NCBI GenBank assembly: GCA_017410525.1
Contig: JAFQQQ010000003.1
Coordinates: 46,209 to 110,208, forward strand
Length of the DNA stretch: 64,000 bases
DNA from: Bacilli bacterium
GTDB taxonomy: Bacteria > Bacillota_I > Bacilli_A > RF39 > UBA660
Reading direction: 5' to 3'
How positions within the stretch are numbered: position 1 is the stretch's first letter; every line of letters starts with the position of its first letter. The notes beneath the pieces were generated by a model, which did no database searches, was not told the origin of the DNA, and saw nothing but the letters and a program-made list of their open reading frames with translations. The translations under genes were made by a program, and so were the position numbers. Shown here piece by piece: positions 19,934 to 28,481 of the stretch.

Positions 19934-21804
19934 TGAATAAATATTTTGATTTATTATATAAAGATAGTTTTATTAAATTTATAAAATTTGTAAAAAATAA
20001 TTTATTAAAAGAGAAAAAAACTTTTATTGTAACAGCTAATCCAGAAACTTTTATGTTTTCTGAAAAAGACAAAGATTTAGAAAATATTATCCTTGATAAA
20101 AATGTAACGATTGTACCAGATGGTATTGGAATTGTTAAAGCTGCTAAAATGATAAATAATCCAGTTAAAGAAAGAATAACTGGAATTGATATAGCCAATG
20201 AATTATTAGATATAGCTAATGAAAATAAATTAAGTTTATATTTATTTGGTTCTGCTAAAGAAGTAATTAAAGCAATGGAAGAAGTAATAAATAAAAAATA
20301 TCCAAATATAAAATTATTAGGCACAAGTGATGGTTATGTCAAAGATAAAGATAAAGTTTTTGAAAAAATAGCTAAATTATCTCCAGATATAGTAATGGTA
20401 GCTCTTGGAATACCAAATCAAGAAAAACTAATTTACAAGCATTACAATAAATTTAAAAAAGGTGTATTTATAGGAGTAGGTGGATCTTTTGACGTTATAA
20501 GTGGTTATAAAAAAAGAGCTCCTAAATTATTTATAAAATTAAATTTAGAATGGTTATATAGAATTTTAAAAGAACCAAAAAGAATAAAGAGATTTTATAA
20601 TAGCAATGTTAAATTTTTAATGAATATTCAAAAAAAAAAATTAAATAATAAAATTAATATATTGTTTTTAATAATTTGTTGTTTAATTTTGTTATTTGGA
20701 TTATTTAATTCTATTTTTAATCCAAAAGACATTAATCAATATGAAAATCGTACTGCATATAAAATACCAAAATTTGAACTGAAAGGTTTTATTAATAAAA
20801 CCTTGCAAGATCAAATTGAACTTTCATTTTCAGATCAAATACCAATGGCCATTCTAATGAAAAAAACATATAATTATATTCAAGCATTCACATCACAACA
20901 AATTACAAATATATTATTAAAAAACAAATGTAATAATTTATATATAAATATAAATGATAGTATTAGTACTTTTGGTTGTGATAAACACTTGGTATATAAG
21001 CAATCAACTCTAAAATCTGATAAAGAGAGTTATAAAAAAAGAATTGAAAATATAAATAAATTTATTAAAAACATGAATGGAAAGGTTTATTTATATTATA
21101 TTGAAAAAGATACAGATATAAATTTTGTTAACAATAAAAAATCTAATATATATGAATATTTAGAAAAAAATATAAATTCAAAAAATATGTATAGATTTGA
21201 AATAAACAATTTTGAAGAGTATAAACAATATTTTTATAAGACAGATCATCATTGGAATTATAAAGGTTCCTATTTAGCATATAAAGATTTAGTTAATATT
21301 TTAACTAATGAGAAACCTTTAAATTTTGAAAATGAAAAATGTATAAATGATTATTTTAGTGGTTCTAAAGCTAGTATAGGTGGTGTTTCATCTATATATA
21401 AAGAACATTTTTGTGCTTATGAATTTGAATTTCCAAAACTTGATATTTATATAAATGGTAAAAAAGAAAACTATGGAAAAGAAGAATATTATTTTAAAAA
21501 AAATAATGAATATGTTTCTTATGCTTTATTTTATGGTGATGATTATGCTGAAATAATATTTGATTCAAATAATTCTAAAAAAGAAAATATTTTAATTATT
21601 GGAGAATCATATGATAATGCTATTTTAAAATTATTATCAACTCACTTTAATAAAACATATTCAATAGATTTGCGTCATTATGAAAAATATGCAGGAGAAA
21701 AATTTAATTATTTTGATTATATTTTAGAAAAAGATATAGATAAAGTTCTTTTAATAGGTAATAAGGATTATTTTTTATTGGAAGACTTCTATTTGGAGGT
21801 ATAA
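19933..21804 (+). CDS. fusion protein: WecB/TagA/CpsF-family (GT26) ManNAc transferase + C-terminal DHHW-family domain
   Basis: N-terminal ~240 aa carry TagA motifs (GVGGSFDVISGYKKRAPK, LEWLYRILKEPKRIKRFY). A TM helix follows. The C-terminal domain contains a literal DHHW motif (KTDHHWNYKGSY). Confidence 0.7.
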   Translation: MNKYFDLLYKDSFIKFIKFVKNNLLKEKKTFIVTANPETFMFSEKDKDLENIILDKNVTIVPDGIGIVKAAKMINNPVKERITGIDIANELLDIANENKLSLYLFGSAKEVIKAMEEVINKKYPNIKLLGTSDGYVKDKDKVFEKIAKLSPDIVMVALGIPNQEKLIYKHYNKFKKGVFIGVGGSFDVISGYKKRAPKLFIKLNLEWLYRILKEPKRIKRFYNSNVKFLMNIQKKKLNNKINILFLIICCLILLFGLFNSIFNPKDINQYENRTAYKIPKFELKGFINKTLQDQIELSFSDQIPMAILMKKTYNYIQAFTSQQITNILLKNKCNNLYININDSISTFGCDKHLVYKQSTLKSDKESYKKRIENINKFIKNMNGKVYLYYIEKDTDINFVNNKKSNIYEYLEKNINSKNMYRFEINNFEEYKQYFYKTDHHWNYKGSYLAYKDLVNILTNEKPLNFENEKCINDYFSGSKASIGGVSSIYKEHFCAYEFEFPKLDIYINGKKENYGKEEYYFKKNNEYVSYALFYGDDYAEIIFDSNNSKKENILIIGESYDNAILKLLSTHFNKTYSIDLRHYEKYAGEKFNYFDYILEKDIDKVLLIGNKDYFLLEDFYLEV

Positions 21805-21807
21805 GAT

Positions 21808-23220
21808 ATGTTATTTAGTAGTTTAACATTTTTATTTGGATTTTTACCTGTTTTATTTTTAATCTACTTTATTTGTCGAAATAATTTTGCTAAAAATATT
21901 ATTTTGCTTCTATTTTCATTAATATTTTATGCTTGGGGAGAACCTAAATACATATTTTTAATGTTGTTTACAGTGTTAATTGTATATATATTTGGCATAT
22001 TAATTGATAGATGTGATAAAACAAAAAAATATATAAGAAAAAAAGTATTTTTTATAATATGTATAGTATTATTAATTTTTAGTTTAGTATTTTTTAAGTA
22101 TAGTAATTTTATCTTTCAGAACATAAATAATATTTTTGGAGCTAATATAAAAACTTTAAAAATAGTATTGCCAATAGGAATTAGTTTTTATACTTTTCAA
22201 ATTCTTTCTTATATTATTGATTTATATAATAAAAAAATAAAGGTACAAAATAATTTTTTTAATTTAGCTTTATATGTTTCATTTTTTCCTCAATTAATTG
22301 CTGGACCGATAGTTAGATATGAAACAATAGAGGAAGAAATTTCTAATAGAAAAGAAAGTTTAGAAAATATAGTTTCTGGAGCTAAAAGATTTATTATAGG
22401 ATTATCAAAAAAAATAATAATTGCTAATCAAATGGCTATATTTGCTGATTTAATTTATAATAATTATTCTGTTTCTTATGGAACATCTATAATTTGGCTT
22501 GCGACAATTGCTTATACATTTCAGATATATTTTGATTTTTCTGGATATAGTGATATGGCTATAGGTTTAGGTAAAATATTTGGATTTAATTTTTTAGAAA
22601 ATTTTGATTATCCATATATATCGACTTCTATTACTGAATTTTGGCGCAGATGGCATATATCTTTATCCAGTTGGTTTAGAGATTATGTATATATACCTTT
22701 AGGAGGAAACAGGGTAAATAAAACTAAATGGATTAGAAATATTATAATTGTTTGGTTGTTAACTGGTTTATGGCATGGTGCTGCTTGGAATTTTATCATT
22801 TGGGGATTATTTTATGGATTTTTACTTTTATTTGAAAAATTATTTTTCAAAAAAGTATTAGATAAATTACCAAAATTTATTTGTTGGTTATATACTATTT
22901 TTATTATATTAATAGGATGGCTAATTTTCAGAGTCAATTCATTAGAACAATTAATAATATATTTAAAAGAAATGTTTATATTTAATAAAACTGATTGGAT
23001 TTTTATTTTATCTAATGAGCTTACAACTTTTAATTCGTTGATTTTTATTATACCAGCAATAATTTTTTCTACACCTATCATAAAAAAAATTAATATAAAA
23101 TTTGGTGGGAAAGTTTGGTATACTACAATTTATAATATAATGTTATTAGTGCTGCTATTAGTATGTATTACTTGTTTGACAAGTTCTTCATATAATCCGT
23201 TCATTTATTTTAGATTTTAA
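21808..23220 (+). CDS. MBOAT-family membrane O-acyltransferase (AlgI/DltB-like) 1
   Basis: Signature FWRRWHISLSSWFRDYVYIPLGG with the catalytic His. Polytopic membrane protein. Confidence 0.85.
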   Translation: MLFSSLTFLFGFLPVLFLIYFICRNNFAKNIILLLFSLIFYAWGEPKYIFLMLFTVLIVYIFGILIDRCDKTKKYIRKKVFFIICIVLLIFSLVFFKYSNFIFQNINNIFGANIKTLKIVLPIGISFYTFQILSYIIDLYNKKIKVQNNFFNLALYVSFFPQLIAGPIVRYETIEEEISNRKESLENIVSGAKRFIIGLSKKIIIANQMAIFADLIYNNYSVSYGTSIIWLATIAYTFQIYFDFSGYSDMAIGLGKIFGFNFLENFDYPYISTSITEFWRRWHISLSSWFRDYVYIPLGGNRVNKTKWIRNIIIVWLLTGLWHGAAWNFIIWGLFYGFLLLFEKLFFKKVLDKLPKFICWLYTIFIILIGWLIFRVNSLEQLIIYLKEMFIFNKTDWIFILSNELTTFNSLIFIIPAIIFSTPIIKKINIKFGGKVWYTTIYNIMLLVLLLVCITCLTSSSYNPFIYFRF

Positions 23221-23247
23221 TAGTTAAAAAAGAGAGGAAGTTTAAAA

Positions 23248-24696
23248 ATGTTGTTTAATTCATTTAAGTTTTTAATTTTTTTTCCAATTGTTACTTGTAT
23301 ATATTTTTTAATAAAAAAAGATAATATTAAATTAATTTGGTTATTGATTTGCAGTTACTTTTTTTACATGTGTTGGAATCCAATTTTTGCTTTATTAATG
23401 TTGTTTTCTACCTTTGTTACTTATATTTTTAGTTTATTAATGGAAAAATACAAAAAGCATAAAAAATTATTTTTAATTTTAAGTTTAATTATAAACTTGT
23501 TAATATTATTTTGTTTTAAATATCTTACTTTTATAATTGAAAATATAAATAATATATTTAAATTCTTCAATATTAGTGGTATAAAAACATTTGATATATT
23601 ATTACCAGTAGGTATTTCATTTTATACATTTCAGGCATTAAGTTATTCTTTTGATGTTTATAGGAATGATGTAAAAGTAGAAAAAAATTTTATAAAATAT
23701 GCACTTTTTGTTTCTTTTTTTCCACAATTAGTAGCTGGTCCCATTGAAAAGTCAAAAATATTTTTGAGTCAGTTTAATTTAAAACACAAATTTGATTATA
23801 ATAAAGTTAAAAACGGTATTTTAATAATGTTAGGTGGTTTTATTTTAAAACTTGTTATTGCTGATCGAGCTGCAATAGCAGTAAATCAAGTATATAATAA
23901 TTTATCATTATATACAGGATTATCATTAATATTAGCAACTGTACTTTTTGCTTTTCAAATATATTGTGATTTTTATGCTTATTCATTAATAGCAAAAGGG
24001 TCTGCACAGGTATTAGGATATAATTTATCACAAAATTTTAATAAACCTTATTTATCAACTAGTATAAAAGATTTTTGGAGAAGGTGGCATATTTCACTTA
24101 GTACTTGGTTTAAGGAATATTTATATGTTCCACTTGGTGGTAGTAAAGTAAGTAAGTTAAAAACAATAAGAAATATTTTAATTGTTTTTTGTGTTAGTGG
24201 TTTATGGCATGGTGCAGCTTGGACATTTCTAATATGGGGGTTATTACACGGATTATATCAAGTTATAGGAATGCTTATTAAAAATATTAGAAATAAAATT
24301 TCAAATATTCTTTTATTAGAAAAACATCCATTAATACACAAAATATTTCAAATAATAATTTGTTTTATACTTGTGGATTTTGCTTGGATTTTCTTTAGAG
24401 CTAATACTTTATATGATGCTTTTTATGTAATAAAAAATATTTTTGATTTTTCAGAAGGATTAAAACTAGCTAATTTTGGTTTATCAAGAGCAAATCTTGT
24501 GTTATTATTCTTCTCTATAGTATGTTTAATGATTTATGAGATATTTAATCATAAGTTTGATATTATAAAATTTATTAATAAAAGAAACATTATTGTTAGA
24601 TGGATTTTATATTTTATAATAATATATATAATACTTATTTTTGGAATTTATGGTCCAGGTTATGATGCTTCTCAATTTATATATTTTCAATTTTAG
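23248..24696 (+). CDS. MBOAT-family membrane O-acyltransferase (AlgI/DltB-like) 2
   Basis: Paralogue of the upstream gene. Signature FWRRWHISLSTWFKEYLYVPLGG. Confidence 0.85.
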   Translation: MLFNSFKFLIFFPIVTCIYFLIKKDNIKLIWLLICSYFFYMCWNPIFALLMLFSTFVTYIFSLLMEKYKKHKKLFLILSLIINLLILFCFKYLTFIIENINNIFKFFNISGIKTFDILLPVGISFYTFQALSYSFDVYRNDVKVEKNFIKYALFVSFFPQLVAGPIEKSKIFLSQFNLKHKFDYNKVKNGILIMLGGFILKLVIADRAAIAVNQVYNNLSLYTGLSLILATVLFAFQIYCDFYAYSLIAKGSAQVLGYNLSQNFNKPYLSTSIKDFWRRWHISLSTWFKEYLYVPLGGSKVSKLKTIRNILIVFCVSGLWHGAAWTFLIWGLLHGLYQVIGMLIKNIRNKISNILLLEKHPLIHKIFQIIICFILVDFAWIFFRANTLYDAFYVIKNIFDFSEGLKLANFGLSRANLVLLFFSIVCLMIYEIFNHKFDIIKFINKRNIIVRWILYFIIIYIILIFGIYGPGYDASQFIYFQF

Positions 24697-24705
24697 GAGG
24701 TATAC

Positions 24706-25647
24706 ATGAAAAAAATTATAATTAAAGTTATTATATTTACAGTTTTATTTTCTATTTCACTTTTTGTAGTTTCAAAAATTTTTGTTAGAAAAGGTGATGG
24801 TTATGGAACTGATGTACTTTCATTCTATAATGAGAAAGAAAATTCTATGGATTTAATATTTTTTGGATCATCACATAGTTATTCAACGTTTTCTCCTAAA
24901 GTTTTAGAAGAAAAAACAGGGTTAAAGTCTTATAATTTTGCAACTCAACAACAACCTCTTTGGATTACATATCATTACATGATTGAAAGTTTAAAGTATC
25001 AAAAACCAAAATATTTTGTTTTGGAAATATTAATGACTAGTGTAAATCAAAGTTATATGGAAGAAGGAGTAAATCGCGATGCAATAGACAAAATGAGATT
25101 TTCATTTAACAAAATACAAGCAATAAATTCTAGTGTTGAAAATTTTTCTGATAGAATAAGTTATTACTTAAATATAATAAAATATCATAGCAGATGGAAT
25201 GAGTTGAGTAAAAAAGATATAGTAGATAATTTAAAAAATAATATCAGTGACTCTAAAGGGTTTACTTATTTAAAAGGAAATGTTGAGCCTGCATATAAAA
25301 ATGATGTTACTAATTTTAAAGAAACTAAAAAGATAACTAAAAAGAATAATTTATATTTAAAAAAGATTATTGAATTAGCTAAAGACAATAATATAGAATT
25401 GATTTTAGTTAAAAGTCCTTGTACAATAACTAAGGAAAATCAAGCTTATTATAATTATGTTGAAGAAATAGCAAAAGAAAATAATATTAAATATTTGAAT
25501 TATAATTTGTTATATGATATACTTGAATTAGATTTTGAAAATGATTTTTATGATAGTGGTCATTTGAAAGGTGAAGCAGCTATAAAAGTAACTAATCATT
25601 TTGCGAAGTATTTGATTGAAAAGTATGATATACAAGGAGGTAAATAA
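24706..25647 (+). CDS. membrane-anchored SGNH/DltD/AlgX-like esterase-acyltransferase partner protein
   Basis: N-terminal TM anchor. GDS-like block FFGSSHSYSTF near the N-terminus. C-terminal DSGHL (DxxH). Confidence 0.55.
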   Translation: MKKIIIKVIIFTVLFSISLFVVSKIFVRKGDGYGTDVLSFYNEKENSMDLIFFGSSHSYSTFSPKVLEEKTGLKSYNFATQQQPLWITYHYMIESLKYQKPKYFVLEILMTSVNQSYMEEGVNRDAIDKMRFSFNKIQAINSSVENFSDRISYYLNIIKYHSRWNELSKKDIVDNLKNNISDSKGFTYLKGNVEPAYKNDVTNFKETKKITKKNNLYLKKIIELAKDNNIELILVKSPCTITKENQAYYNYVEEIAKENNIKYLNYNLLYDILELDFENDFYDSGHLKGEAAIKVTNHFAKYLIEKYDIQGGK

Positions 25648-26756
25648 TGATAAAAGTTATGACTGTTTTTGGAACTAGACCAGAAGCTATAAAAATGGCC
25701 CCGTTAGTTAAGGAGTTAAATTCTAGAGAAGAAATAGAAAGTATAGTATGTGTTACTGCTCAGCATAGAGAGATGTTGGATCAAGTATTAGAAACATTTG
25801 ATATTAAACCTGATTATGATTTAAATATAATGAAACAAGGACAAACATTAGGTGATGTTACTACAAGAGCGCTTAAAGGTCTTGAAGCAGTAATTAAGGA
25901 AATTAATCCTGATATAGTTTTAGTACATGGTGATACTACTACTACTTTTGCAGGAGCTTTAGCCGCCTTCTACAATCAAGTTGATATTGGTCATGTAGAA
26001 GCTGGATTAAGAACTTATGATAAATATTCACCATATCCAGAAGAAATGAATAGACAAATGGTTACTTGTATGACCGATATGTATTTTGCTCCTACAAAAC
26101 TAAGTGCTTCAAATTTAATCAAAGAAGGCAGAGATAAAGAAAAAATATATATTACGGGAAATACCGCTATTGATGCTATGAAAGTCACTATAAATAAAGA
26201 ATATAAAAGCGAGATTTTTGATTGGGTAGGAAATGACAGAATGATTCTTTTAACGGCTCATAGAAGAGAAAATTTGGGTGAACCAATGAAAAATATATTT
26301 AGAGCAATTAAAAGAATAATAAATGAATTTCAAGATGTAAAAGTTGTTTATCCAATACATTTAAATCCCAAAATAAGAGAAATTGCAAACGAGATTTTTA
26401 ATGACTGTGAGAAAATTAAAATAATAGAACCTTTAGAGGTGTTTGATTTCCACAATTTTCAAAATAAATCTTACATAATATTAACAGATAGTGGTGGTAT
26501 TCAAGAAGAAGCTCCATCTTTAGGTAAACCTGTATTAGTATTAAGAGATACTACTGAAAGGCCAGAAGGAATAGAAGCTGGAACATTAAAACTTGTAGGT
26601 ACGGATGAAGAAGTAATATATAGAGAAACAAAACTATTATTAGGTAATAAAAAAATTTACGATAAAATGAGCAAAGCTAGTAATCCATATGGTGATGGAA
26701 AAGCTAGTCAAAGAATAGTAGATGCGATTATTCAAAAATATAGTAAAGCAAAATAA
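25647..26756 (+). CDS. mnaA: UDP-N-acetylglucosamine 2-epimerase (non-hydrolysing; MnaA/WecB)
   Basis: MIKVMTVFGTRPEAIKMAPL and a full-length 369-aa epimerase. Confidence 0.9.
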   Translation: MIKVMTVFGTRPEAIKMAPLVKELNSREEIESIVCVTAQHREMLDQVLETFDIKPDYDLNIMKQGQTLGDVTTRALKGLEAVIKEINPDIVLVHGDTTTTFAGALAAFYNQVDIGHVEAGLRTYDKYSPYPEEMNRQMVTCMTDMYFAPTKLSASNLIKEGRDKEKIYITGNTAIDAMKVTINKEYKSEIFDWVGNDRMILLTAHRRENLGEPMKNIFRAIKRIINEFQDVKVVYPIHLNPKIREIANEIFNDCEKIKIIEPLEVFDFHNFQNKSYIILTDSGGIQEEAPSLGKPVLVLRDTTERPEGIEAGTLKLVGTDEEVIYRETKLLLGNKKIYDKMSKASNPYGDGKASQRIVDAIIQKYSKAK

Positions 26757-26820
26757 AATTTGTCTTTAATAAAAAACATTAAATATCATATAATATATTA
26801 GAAATGTAAATCATATCAAT

Positions 26821-26849
26821 TTGACAAATATTTTTAAATTTGGTATCAT
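26821..26849 (+). promoter_or_regulatory. sigma-A type promoter for the candidate ncRNA
   Basis: TTGACA (26821-26826), a 17-nt spacer, then TATCAT (26844-26849). Confidence 0.6.
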
Positions 26850-26856
26850 GTTAATT

Positions 26857-27467
26857 GTCGATGGCACATTATTCTAGTCAGAGATTTATTATGAGGACGG
26901 GGCTAAAAATCCGTTAAAGAGCATATCTGTGAAACTTCTTGTGCTTGCTTCTTTTGCCCAAATTGGGGTGAGTGCTGGAAATGAGAGTGTTGGGCATCCA
27001 TAATGGCATATGTAAATGACCCACCATTCGTGGAGACCTATTCTTGTGTTTGGCCTATACGAACAAACTGACGGACTGAATACGAAATAGGATTAAACCT
27101 ACCAAGTGGCGAAAGTTACGGGTAGTGTAGCTTGTCTTGAGTGAGTAATAGGGATTATTGATTAACAATTTAGTAAGTTTATAGCTAGAACTTATATAAG
27201 TTGCAATATGAAATATTGTTTGCAAAAAAGAATTAATAATAAAAATTTGGTGAGGAAATCTTCTAGGGTGTTGTTAATATAGGATTGCAGTGCATACTAA
27301 GTGGCAATCAAGTAGTATATTTGGTGACAATATACTGAATTCTTTAAAGGGGAACCGCCTACTGGTAACGGTAAGTAGAATTTAGGGAAATCCAACTTGA
27401 CCTAAGATGCAAAGTTAATTATATTAACGCCATTATATATTAAAGACTATTCATTAGTCTTTTTTTG
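26857..27467 (+). ncRNA. candidate large (~610 nt) structured noncoding RNA, possibly OLE-like; identity unverified
   Basis: Longest ORF-free stretch in the window. G+C is visibly higher than the flanks. Bounded by a consensus promoter and an intrinsic terminator. Many GAAA/GNRA-type loops and short stems. No ORF longer than 30 codons in either strand. Confidence 0.45.
27443..27467 (+). terminator. intrinsic terminator ending the candidate ncRNA
   Basis: AAGACTA-TTCAT-TAGTCTT hairpin followed by T7. Confidence 0.6.
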
Positions 27468-27514
27468 TTGTTAAAATAGGTATTTTGTGTTAAAATTATA
27501 ATAGGTGATAAATA

Positions 27515-27919
27515 ATGGAAGAAAATAAAAATGTTGAGATAGTACAAAATAATAAAGAGATAATGAATGAAGAATTTGCTTCTACTCAACAAGAAGTTGC
27601 AGAAGAAATAGATTCTGATTTTTCTGATATAAATAAAGAAGAAATGAAAAAAAATTATATTATTATAGCAATTCTTTATTTTGTTGTAATTATTTTATTT
27701 ATATTGTTAGTACTAGGTATAAAAAATCAAAAAGATACAGTTAAAGATAAAATAGATAGCAACAAAGAAGTTAATGATAAATTAGAACAAGAAAAAAACG
27801 AGGAAGTTGTTATTCCAGAAGAAAGACCAAAAAATCAAACTCCAGAAGAAATTATTATTCCTGATATAAATAATAATAATGGTTTAAATGATGAATTAAA
27901 TATTTTAGATCAAATATAG
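27515..27919 (+). CDS. hypothetical single-pass membrane protein with acidic N-terminus
   Basis: 134 aa. RBS AGGTGA. One TM helix. Low-complexity, E/K-rich. Confidence 0.5.
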   Translation: MEENKNVEIVQNNKEIMNEEFASTQQEVAEEIDSDFSDINKEEMKKNYIIIAILYFVVIILFILLVLGIKNQKDTVKDKIDSNKEVNDKLEQEKNEEVVIPEERPKNQTPEEIIIPDINNNNGLNDELNILDQI

Positions 27920-27927
27920 AGGTTAAC

Positions 27928-28473
27928 ATGAAAAAAAATAATAAGAAAAAAAATACGGTAGATTATAGTTGGATAATTAAAATAGTGCTTTCTAGTTTTT
28001 TAATATCAGTAGTATTTACACTTATATCAGAAACAGTAATACCTAATGTAGGAATTATATTAGGTTCAATTTTAACATTGGTTTTTATACTTGTAGGAGT
28101 TTTATTTGATATGATTGGTCTTGCTGTTGCAACCGCAGATGAAGCACAATTTAATTCAATGGTAGCTAAAAGGGTTAAAGGTGCTAAAATGGCTTTGAAA
28201 TTAAAGAAAAATGCAGATAAAGTATCAAGTTTTTGTAATGATGTAGTAGGAGATATATGTGGTATAGTATCGGGATCTACAGGCGCAGTTATTGCTATAA
28301 AAATAGTAGAATATTATAATTTTAATCCATTATTAGTTACACTTATTATAATGGGTATAATTTCTGCTTTAACAATAGGTGGTAAAGCGTTAGAAAAGGG
28401 TTATGCTATGAAAAAAAGTAATAGTATTTTATTTGGTTTTGCTAAGTTTTTAAGTTTATTTGTAAAAGAATGA
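27928..28473 (+). CDS. small four-TM membrane protein (OapA-like candidate)
   Basis: 181 aa. Four predicted TM helices. Basic loop KRVKGAKMALKLKKNADK. RBS GAGG. Confidence 0.45.
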   Translation: MKKNNKKKNTVDYSWIIKIVLSSFLISVVFTLISETVIPNVGIILGSILTLVFILVGVLFDMIGLAVATADEAQFNSMVAKRVKGAKMALKLKKNADKVSSFCNDVVGDICGIVSGSTGAVIAIKIVEYYNFNPLLVTLIIMGIISALTIGGKALEKGYAMKKSNSILFGFAKFLSLFVKE

Positions 28474-28481
28474 GGTGTTGT

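Noticed and set aside
26857-27467. Riboswitch or leader-peptide attenuator for the downstream membrane-protein genes
   Set aside because: About 610 nt with its own strong terminator is far larger than any known riboswitch class. No aptamer signature recognised. It behaves like an independent RNA gene.
26857-27467. RNase P RNA or tmRNA in the ORF-free region
   Set aside because: No GGAAAGTCC-type P4 sequence, no tRNA-like 5' GGGG / 3' CCA ends, and no tag reading frame. The size (~610 nt) exceeds both.
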